Below, piece after piece: positions 41,327 through 47,777 of a stretch of 47,777 nucleotides of DNA. The stretch spans positions 1-47,777 of the forward strand of contig NSIF01000006.1 in assembly GCA_002737665.1 (NCBI GenBank), given 5' to 3'. Each line of letters opens with the position of its first letter. The first letter of the stretch is position 1. The translations under genes and the position numbers were made by a program. The DNA is from Flavobacteriales bacterium (lineage in GTDB: Bacteria > Bacteroidota > Bacteroidia > Palsa-965). The notes below the pieces were generated by a model. That model was not told where the DNA came from and ran no database searches. It was given only the letters and a program-made list of their open reading frames with translations.

Positions 41327-42577
41327 TTATCGATGTGGTCTATTGGTTGACCTTGGAGTTCCTTTGAAATTAGGTCTACCACCTTTTTTCCCCCCACTAG
41401 GTTTTCTGCGTTCGGCCTTTGCATTTTTATCATAGATTGGACCATCACCTATAGCTTTAGAAAGCACCCCTTTTTCAACTTCATAGCCAATTAATTGTTC
41501 AATGTCGTTGAACCGTTTCATATCAAGAGTTGTAATAAAGGTTATGGCTTCTCCCTTAGATTCGGCGCGTGCGGTTCTTCCAACTCTGTGTACATAATCT
41601 TCCGCATCACCAGGCACATCATAGTTTATTACTAACGAAATATTTTCAATGTCAATGCCGCGTGAAAGAACGTCTGTAGCAACAAGTATTTTCAATTTTC
41701 TACTTCGGAATTGACGTAAAACTTCTTCCCTGTCTTTTTGCTCAAGGTCAGAATGAATAGCGGCCACAGAAAGTCCTAATCGTTTTAATTCCTTCTCCAT
41801 ATTTTTCACATTCACTTTCGTCGAAGAGAAAACAATAACACTAATAAATTCCTGACTTTTAAAAATTTCCAATAGCAGCGGAATTTTCTGCAAATCGTAA
41901 ACACAATAGGCAAGTTGTTTTATTCCCGCTGCTGGTTTCGACATAGCAATATTAACTGATTCAGGATTTATTAGAATCTGTTGCGCCATGTGACGAATGC
42001 GTTGGGGCATTGTGGCTGAAAACATCAAAGTCTGTCTCTGCTTGGGAAGCATATTCACGATGCGCATGATGTCATCAAAAAAGCCCATGTCCATCATTCT
42101 ATCCGCTTCATCAAGTATTAATGTTTGAAGTTTATCAAATTTCACATATCCTAAGTTCATGTGCGCGAGCAGGCGACCGGGTGTTGCAACAATAATATCG
42201 GTTCCTGTTGAAAGTGCTTTTTTCTCTTTGTCGAAACTTTCTCCTGATCCACCACCATATACAGCAATGTTGCTGATGCCCGTGAAATAGGCGAAACCTG
42301 TTATGGCATTGTCAATTTGAAGGGCTAATTCTCGTGTTGGCGAAATAATTAATGTGCTAATTCCAGCACGATTTTTATTTTGTAAAATTCGATGCATGGT
42401 TGGCAACAAATAAGCAGCTGTTTTGCCCGTTCCCGTTTGTGCACATGCAATTAAATCGCGCCCCGATAGGGAAATAGGGATAGTCATTTCTTGAATTGGG
42501 GTGCTGTTGGTATATCCCATCGCCTCAATTCCATCTAATACTTTATCGTCAAATCCAAATTCGTAAAATGTTGCCAT
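41327..42577 (-). CDS. DEAD-box RNA helicase, RhlE-like
   Basis: Q motif TPIQ, AQTGTGKT, PTRELA, TPGRL, LDEAD, SAT, HRVGRTAR; basic C-terminal tail. Confidence 0.96.
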   Translation of the reverse strand: MATFYEFGFDDKVLDGIEAMGYTNSTPIQEMTIPISLSGRDLIACAQTGTGKTAAYLLPTMHRILQNKNRAGISTLIISPTRELALQIDNAITGFAYFTGISNIAVYGGGSGESFDKEKKALSTGTDIIVATPGRLLAHMNLGYVKFDKLQTLILDEADRMMDMGFFDDIMRIVNMLPKQRQTLMFSATMPQRIRHMAQQILINPESVNIAMSKPAAGIKQLAYCVYDLQKIPLLLEIFKSQEFISVIVFSSTKVNVKNMEKELKRLGLSVAAIHSDLEQKDREEVLRQFRSRKLKILVATDVLSRGIDIENISLVINYDVPGDAEDYVHRVGRTARAESKGEAITFITTLDMKRFNDIEQLIGYEVEKGVLSKAIGDGPIYDKNAKAERRKPSGGKKGGRPNFKGTPRSTNRPHR

Positions 42578-42644
42578 AGGCTATAAAGGTAAGGGGAATT
42601 GGTTAATTAGGGGAAATGAGTATTTAGGGTAGTTTAGGAGAGGA

Positions 42645-43031
42645 GTGATGGCAATATTCAGGAGAAAAAGTCGTTTTCGAGAAGTGAAAACTATTTCATT
42701 GATTCCTTACAGAATTGTATGGTACTTGCAAACGGGCTTTCTCTTTTCATTCTGGATATTTTATTTCCGGGCATGGGCGGAACTTGGTCATCCGCCTGTT
42801 TCAAGTCTTGATGATCCTAAGTATTTAGGACTATTTCTTCACCACGTCCTCACATGGATTTTGATGTTACTTGCATTCTCTTCATTCTGGATTTGTTGTC
42901 TCTGCCTTGTCATTAAAATATTCTTCCGAAAATTTTCATTCTTCAAAATAGATGCAATAATTTTTGGAATAACTGCAATTATAACTTTTCTAACTTTTTG
43001 CAGCTATCAAATGGAATGGTTTATGGATTAA
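42645..43031 (+). CDS. Small membrane protein, about 3 TM helices
   Basis: Hydrophobic ORF with the loop LGHPPVSSLDDPK, followed by a terminator. Start is uncertain. Confidence 0.55.
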   Translation: MMAIFRRKSRFREVKTISLIPYRIVWYLQTGFLFSFWIFYFRAWAELGHPPVSSLDDPKYLGLFLHHVLTWILMLLAFSSFWICCLCLVIKIFFRKFSFFKIDAIIFGITAIITFLTFCSYQMEWFMD

Positions 43032-43032
43032 T

Positions 43033-43065
43033 AAAAAACGGCAACCATTTCTGATCGCCGTTTTT
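43033..43065. terminator. Bidirectional Rho-independent terminator
   Basis: AAAAACGGC...GCCGTTTTT hairpin between convergent genes. Confidence 0.75.
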
Positions 43066-43088
43066 CTAAAATTTCTGAAATAACAAAA

Positions 43089-43136
43089 TTGTCATGCTGA
43101 GTAGTTGCGCGTTTTTCCAGCGCAACGTATCGAAGC
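43089..43136. repeat. REP-like structured intergenic element, copy 2
   Basis: TTGTCATGCTGAGTA-GTTGCGC-loop-GCGCAAC-GTATCGAAGC. Flanks are the reverse complement of copy 1 at 7895-7979. Confidence 0.75.
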
Positions 43137-44381
43137 CTAAAATGCTGCAATTTTTTCGCTCATGTATTTCCCTGTCATTAATTTGTCTTTTATTTTTGAA
43201 AAACAATCAATGGTATAATTCACATCTTCTATTGTGTGAATTGCAGTTGGAATCAATCGTAAAATAATTTGTCCTTTGGGAATTACCGGGTACACAACCA
43301 TGGAGCAGAATAAATCGTAATTTTCGCGCAAATCGAGAATTAAATTTGTTGCCTCAGGAATTGATCCACTCAGATAAACAGGAGTAACAGGCGAAGAGGT
43401 TGTTCCTATGTCGAAACCATTATTCTTCAATCCGTTTTGCAATGCTTTTGTAATTTTCCATAAGTTTTCTCGAAATTCTGGATGTGCACGTATTAATTCC
43501 AATCGTTTAATTGCACCAACTACCAAAGGAAGAGGTAAAGATTTTGCGAAAATCTGTGAGCGCATATTGTAACGCAGGTATTCCACAATATTTTCAGTAG
43601 AAGAAATAAATCCTCCGATCAAGGCAAATGATTTTGCGAATGTTCCGAAGTAAATATCAATTCCATCCTGACATCCTTGCTCTTCACCGGTTCCGCCACC
43701 TGTTGGTCCCATTGTTCCACAGCCGTGTGCATCATCAACAAATAGTCGGAAAGTAAATTTCTTTTTGAGTTCAACAACTTCTTTTAATTTCCCTTGGTTA
43801 CCACTCATTCCAAATACGCCCTCTGTAATGACAAGAATGGCACCACCAGTTTCATTCACCATTTTAGTGGCACGCTCCAGTTGTTTTTCCAAACTTGCCA
43901 TATCGTTGTGAGGATACACAAAGCGTTTGCCCATGTGTAAGCGTACGCCATCTAGGATACAAGCATGCGATTCCGCATCATAAACGATAACATCGTGACG
44001 ATCAACCAAGCAATCGATTGCAGAAACTGTAGCTTGATAGCCGAAATTGCAAAGTATAGTATCTTCTTTTTTAACAAGCTCAGATAGACCTGCTTCCAGT
44101 TGTTCGTGGTAATTAGAATTTCCCGACATCATTCGTGCGCCCATAGGAGCAGCAAAACCGAATTTCTCCGCTGCCTCTGTATCAGCTTTCCTAACCTCTG
44201 GATGATTTGCTAATCCGAGGTAATTATTCAAACTCCAAACTAGTCGTTCCTTTCCTCGAAAAACCATTCTGCTACTTATTTCACCTTCTAATTTTGGGAA
44301 AGTAAAATAACCATGACTTTCTTTAGCATGCATCCCAATCGGACCGCGGTTATCTCGGAGTTTATCGAAAAGATCTTTCAT
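43137..44381 (-). CDS. PLP-dependent alpha-oxoamine synthase, probably cysteate fatty-acyltransferase of sulfonolipid (capnine) synthesis, SulA/CapB-like
   Basis: NYLGLANHP, MGARMMSG, SHACILDG, DDAHG, PLP lysine in GTFAK250S, and SQIFAK280 where SPT/KBL/BioF have a small residue. Confidence 0.8.
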   Translation of the reverse strand: MKDLFDKLRDNRGPIGMHAKESHGYFTFPKLEGEISSRMVFRGKERLVWSLNNYLGLANHPEVRKADTEAAEKFGFAAPMGARMMSGNSNYHEQLEAGLSELVKKEDTILCNFGYQATVSAIDCLVDRHDVIVYDAESHACILDGVRLHMGKRFVYPHNDMASLEKQLERATKMVNETGGAILVITEGVFGMSGNQGKLKEVVELKKKFTFRLFVDDAHGCGTMGPTGGGTGEEQGCQDGIDIYFGTFAKSFALIGGFISSTENIVEYLRYNMRSQIFAKSLPLPLVVGAIKRLELIRAHPEFRENLWKITKALQNGLKNNGFDIGTTSSPVTPVYLSGSIPEATNLILDLRENYDLFCSMVVYPVIPKGQIILRLIPTAIHTIEDVNYTIDCFSKIKDKLMTGKYMSEKIAAF

Positions 44382-44567
44382 ATAAATGGGTTAGTGTTTA
44401 TTATAATACTGCAAAAATAATGGATTCGTTTTGATTGACAAGGAATTTGGAAAGAGTTATCACCGATAAAACTTGATAAATCCTTTTTTGTCTGCTTATA
44501 AGCCTATTAAACCTAATATTATTGTATAAAAATAGCTAGCAAAATTCTTTAATTTCCACTACTAAGC

Positions 44568-44596
44568 AAAAAAAAGCCCCCCAAAATGGGAGGCTT
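44568..44596 (-). terminator. Rho-independent terminator of the ssb pair
   Basis: Minus strand AAGCCTCCCA-loop-TGGGGGGCTT followed by a U-tract. Confidence 0.8.
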
Positions 44597-44624
44597 ATTA
44601 CTAAAAAAACCATGGCAAGATTTT

Positions 44625-44966
44625 TTAGTCTTTTTTTCCACCCATTAGCAGAATGTCGGAAACAAGAATTTCGGTAGCATTGCATGCTTTCCCGTCTTTG
44701 TCGGTCCAGTTTTTATTCACCAGCTTTCCGGAAATAGCAACTTGTTTTCCTTTTACCATGTATTTTTCGGCAATTGTTGCAAGGCCTTCCCAGGCAGTTG
44801 CTCTGAACCATTGTGTGGTTTCAATTTTTTTGCCTTCTGCATCTGTATGTGTTTCATTACAGGCAATGGAGAAGTTGGCAACTTTCTTTCCGCTGTCGAA
44901 GTTTTTGATTTCAGGATTCTGTCCGAGAATCCCTACTAGTTGTACGTTGTTACGAATCATGTTCAT
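44625..44966 (-). CDS. ssb: Short single-stranded DNA-binding protein, OB fold only (copy 1)
   Basis: NNVQLVGILGQNPE, FSIA, TQWF...AW..LA..AEKY..KGKQVAISGKL...WTDKDG, TEI. No acidic tail. Confidence 0.9.
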   Translation of the reverse strand: MNMIRNNVQLVGILGQNPEIKNFDSGKKVANFSIACNETHTDAEGKKIETTQWFRATAWEGLATIAEKYMVKGKQVAISGKLVNKNWTDKDGKACNATEILVSDILLMGGKKD

Positions 44967-45017
44967 AAATATAAAATTAAGGGTTAATAAAAATTTAAAA
45001 GTAAAATAGGTTTTGTT

Positions 45018-45371
45018 TTATGCTGCTAAAGGCAGCGCTGTTTGTTTGTTTTTGTTTAGTAGAATAAAATGTGTTGCCATAATTTCTTTTTTGGTTTGCT
45101 CTACACCGTTTTTGTCGGTCCATGTGTTTGTTATTAAATGACCGTAGATCATTACACGTTTTCCTTTTTCAAGACAACGCTCTGCCATATCAGCAAGGGT
45201 TCCCCAAGAAACGACCGAATACCATTTTATTTTCTTTTTGTTTGTGCCTGCTTCGGCCTCCAGTGCGGCTGCTGAAAAGCGAGCCATTTTTCGTCCACCG
45301 GTTACTGTTTTGATTGTCGGCTTGGTGCCCAAGTTTACGACCATTTTCACGCTGTTGTTTTGCATAATCAT
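45018..45371 (-). CDS. ssb: Divergent short SSB paralog (copy 2)
   Basis: NSV...NLG..P, ARFS, W..VVSWG.LA..AE..LEKGKRV.IYG.L....WTDKNG, EI. Ends in ALPLAA. Confidence 0.8.
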   Translation of the reverse strand: MIMQNNSVKMVVNLGTKPTIKTVTGGRKMARFSAAALEAEAGTNKKKIKWYSVVSWGTLADMAERCLEKGKRVMIYGHLITNTWTDKNGVEQTKKEIMATHFILLNKNKQTALPLAA

Positions 45372-45510
45372 TAATTAAAATTTAGATAAATAAAAGAATT
45401 GTGTTTAAAATTGTAAAGGGATATTTGCTTATTGTTGCCTATTTATATGGTGCTGTATATTCTTTTGTGTGTAGTTGAATTTCGATAGGTGATTTATTGG
45501 TGCTTGAGTT

Positions 45511-45592
45511 TTGACGGTGCAAAGATGTAGGGCGTTTTTTTGTTTATTCGGTTCATAAACATTTATAGTCGATAGTAAATGTTTGTTGTCGG
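45511..45592 (-). promoter_or_regulatory. Conserved ssb promoter/operator, copy 1
   Basis: -7-like CATCTTTG (45520-45527) plus a 30-bp block TTATAGTCGATAGTAAATGTTTGTTGTCGG (45563-45592) identical to 47184-47213 at the same spacing. Confidence 0.75.
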
Positions 45593-45736
45593 TTAAGATA
45601 TTGTTTTTATTGGGTTTTATAGATTTTTTAGAAAAAAATAAATTCGTATAATTTGAGTAATTTCGCATGTATTAGTATTTTTCTTGTTTATTTCAAGACC
45701 TATTCTGATGTTTAGGGAGTAATTTTTTTCAACAGA

Positions 45737-46504
45737 ATGATTTTAACTTTTTTAGGTACGGGTACTTCACAGGGTGTTCCATTAATTGGATGCCAGTGTT
45801 CGGTTTGTAAATCTGATGATGTTCGTGACAAGCGTACGCGTACCTCTGTGCTAATAGAAATAGATGGAAAAACTATTGTTGTGGATGCAGGTCCCGACTT
45901 TAGGCAGCAATTGCTGCGGGAGGATATTTGCAAATTAGATGCGGTATTACTTACGCATGAACACAAGGATCATCTTGCTGGATTAGACGATGTGCGAGCA
46001 TTTAACTTTTTGCAAAAAAAAGCGATGCCTGTGTACGCTAGTACTAGGGTGCAACAAGCAATTCGAAGAGAATTTGCATATATTTTTGATGCTTCTGCAT
46101 ATCCTGGAATTCCTAAAATTGATTTACGCACAATTGATAACACACCTTTTGTTGCCGAAGGGATTGCTGTAATGCCGATTGAAGTGATGCACCACACTTT
46201 ACCTGTTTTAGGATTTAGGTTTAAAAATGTTACATACATCACCGATGCTAATTATATTTCTCCTTTAGAAAAGGAAAAAATTAAAGGGAGCGATGTGCTT
46301 GTTTTAAATGCGTTGCGAAATGAAAAACACATTTCGCATTATACATTAGAGGAGGCCCTGGAACTCATTGAAGAATTAAAACCTCGTCAGGCCTATCTTC
46401 TTCACATTAGTCACCAATTGGGATTACATGCTGAAGTTGAAAAATTATTACCGCCAAATGTTAGACTTGCTTACGATGGCTTGAAACTTCATATTGAAGA
46501 TTAA
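45737..46504 (+). CDS. MBL-fold metallohydrolase, PhnP-like
   Basis: FLGTGTSQGVP..GCQCSVC, DAGPDFRQQ, THEHKDH, YITD, HISH, HISHQ, AYDG. Confidence 0.92.
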   Translation: MILTFLGTGTSQGVPLIGCQCSVCKSDDVRDKRTRTSVLIEIDGKTIVVDAGPDFRQQLLREDICKLDAVLLTHEHKDHLAGLDDVRAFNFLQKKAMPVYASTRVQQAIRREFAYIFDASAYPGIPKIDLRTIDNTPFVAEGIAVMPIEVMHHTLPVLGFRFKNVTYITDANYISPLEKEKIKGSDVLVLNALRNEKHISHYTLEEALELIEELKPRQAYLLHISHQLGLHAEVEKLLPPNVRLAYDGLKLHIED

Positions 46505-46588
46505 GATTAGAAGAGTAGGGGACTTTCACTTATTCAATATTTTAGTAGTTTTTTTCATACTTCGAATCCTTTCAAGTTTCGTTAAATG

Positions 46589-46610
46589 AAAAAAGCCCCA
46601 TCGCTGAGGC
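46589..46610 (-). terminator. Rho-independent terminator of ssb copy 3
   Basis: Minus strand GCCTCA-GCGA-TGGGGC-TTTTTT. Confidence 0.7.
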
Positions 46611-46632
46611 CATTTCAAAAACAATATGCTAT

Positions 46633-46989
46633 TTAAGCAGCTTTAGCTACTGTTGGCTCATCCATCATTACAATATCGTTTACAACAATTTCTGTTAAGC
46701 TGTGTTTCTTACCGTCTTTGTCTTCCCATGTTCTATTCACAAGGCGTCCTGTAATTCCTACTTTTCTTCCTTTAAATAAATATTGTTCTGCAATGTCGGC
46801 TTGCGTTTCCCATGCAACAAGGTTAAACCAATTGACAGCTGATTTTGTTTCACTCCCTTGTGTTTTGTACGATACATTCGCTAATGTGAAGCGGGCCACT
46901 TTTTTTCCTGTTGAGGTTGATTTTACTTCCGGATTCATTCCTAAATTTCCGATCAACTGCACGTTGTTGCGTTTCATTTCCATTTTCAT
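46633..46989 (-). CDS. ssb: Short SSB paralog (copy 3)
   Basis: NNVQLIGNLGMNPE, ARFTLA, WFNLVAW, KGRKVGITGRL..RTWEDKDG, TEIVV. Ends in VAKAA. Confidence 0.9.
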   Translation of the reverse strand: MKMEMKRNNVQLIGNLGMNPEVKSTSTGKKVARFTLANVSYKTQGSETKSAVNWFNLVAWETQADIAEQYLFKGRKVGITGRLVNRTWEDKDGKKHSLTEIVVNDIVMMDEPTVAKAA

Positions 46990-47131
46990 TCTTGTGATTT
47001 GTTTTAAAAATTAATAATTGTTTTATATATACTCAATTAAATAATGTTCTGTTTTTTTTGATTGCGTTCCGTGCTTTGTTTTTGTTTTTTCATCAGGACG
47101 TCAATTCAAATTATTTCAGGACGATATTTTT

Positions 47132-47213
47132 TTGATGCCGCAAAGGTGTGGTGAAGAAATTTCAATACTCGGCTGCTAAGTAATTATAGTCGATAGTAAA
47201 TGTTTGTTGTCGG
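47132..47213 (-). promoter_or_regulatory. Conserved ssb promoter/operator, copy 2
   Basis: -7-like CACCTTTG (47141-47148) plus the identical 30-bp block at 47184-47213. Aligns without gaps to 45511-45592. Confidence 0.75.
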
Positions 47214-47346
47214 ATATATGATTGAAATACAATATATTAAACTAAATTTTTTATTTAGCACAAATTTGAAGTTTGGCATAATTCATCTAATTATATTATC
47301 TTTAATACTGAAAAACTATTTAATATTGTTTCAATTATTTATTAAA

Positions 47347-47766
47347 ATGTACAAATTGAAAAAAATCACAACCTTTTTTTTAATAGTACTTCCTGTATTT
47401 TGGGGTTGTAATAATGATGTTAATGATAGCGTAGTGCCTGCTGATGGAGTTCGTGCAGTTTTGTTCGTGCAGCACCATGGAATTCCCATTCCCAATGCAA
47501 GTGTTTTTTTAAAAATTGGAACTTTAGTTTTTCCGGGAACAGATACAACACTTTATGATTCGCGTTTTGTTACCGACTTTAATGGGCAGTATATCGTCAG
47601 TGGTTTACCAAATGGCCAACAAGCGTATACTTTTTATGCCAAAGGAATTGATCCAGGTTGGGATTCTACAAACACAACTCCAGTATGGGGGTATCAATTT
47701 TTAATGACCGACACAAGAATAGGTGAGGTATTGGATTATGCCGTTTCGATTCCTGTAAGTGAATAA
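47347..47766 (+). CDS. Hypothetical lipoprotein, beta-sandwich-like
   Basis: The ATG at 47347 gives a signal peptide MYKLKK...FWG-C. The ORF-track extension from 47200 lies in regulatory AT-rich DNA. Confidence 0.7.
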   Translation: MYKLKKITTFFLIVLPVFWGCNNDVNDSVVPADGVRAVLFVQHHGIPIPNASVFLKIGTLVFPGTDTTLYDSRFVTDFNGQYIVSGLPNGQQAYTFYAKGIDPGWDSTNTTPVWGYQFLMTDTRIGEVLDYAVSIPVSE

Positions 47767-47777
47767 TATTTATTTTC

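Noticed and set aside
42592-42645. G-rich tract as a possible G-quadruplex
   Set aside because: The G-runs are uneven with long loops, and the region is explained by divergent promoters.
43089-43136. Possible hammerhead ribozyme in the repeated element (CUGAG...stem...GAA)
   Set aside because: The core would need CUGANGA-stem-GAAA plus stems I and III with an NUH site. The sequence is CUGAGUA...GUAUCGAAGC.
45429-45668. 79-aa minus-strand ORF upstream of ssb2
   Set aside because: Low-complexity N/K/I composition, and it runs through the conserved promoter/operator. Most likely spurious.
44625-46989. ssb cluster as a prophage or plasmid remnant
   Set aside because: No phage, conjugation or recombinase genes are present, and the flanking genes are ordinary chromosomal ones.
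268-47014. Many 60-130 aa antisense or nested ORFs (e.g. 8217-8609, 27874-28239, 44653-45009, 46718-47014)
   Set aside because: They are shadows of well-supported genes and have no recognisable motifs.
45563-47213. 30-bp identical repeat as a CRISPR repeat, att site or IS target duplication
   Set aside because: There are only two copies, 1.6 kb apart, with no cas, integrase or transposase. Fixed spacing to -7 boxes favours a regulatory role.
47200-47346. N-terminal extension of the last ORF
   Set aside because: It begins inside the 30-bp operator. The ATG at 47347 gives a proper lipoprotein signal peptide.

Overview
AT-rich chromosomal segment from a Bacteroidota genome, judged from TAnnTTTG -7 promoter boxes, a T9SS C-terminal sorting domain and lineage-typical families. 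About 46 genes are present, mostly housekeeping or metabolic: M14 peptidase, NUDIX, recQ, murQ, MFS, fused E1 2-oxoacid dehydrogenase, desaturase, terC, UbiA/MqnP-type prenyltransferase, ettA, hisS, hutH, RluA, arsC-acr3, a seven-gene reductive pyrimidine/beta-alanine catabolic cluster, two tandem thioredoxin-fold paralogs, a DEAD-box helicase and a probable cysteate acyltransferase (SulA/CapB). No rRNA, tRNA, CRISPR array, integrase or transposase was seen. Most notable are: (1) three divergent tail-less SSB paralogs in two transcription units that share a gapless ~82-bp promoter/operator with an identical 30-bp core, two of them ending in ssrA-like -AA tails; (2) a four-gene cell-surface heme-c operon (two cytochrome c lipoproteins, an outer-membrane barrel and a T9SS-type Reeler-like CxxCH protein); (3) two copies of a structured intergenic element with identical flanks but different, fully paired inner stems; (4) a Flavo-1-like structured RNA. 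All family calls come from motif recognition, not database searches.
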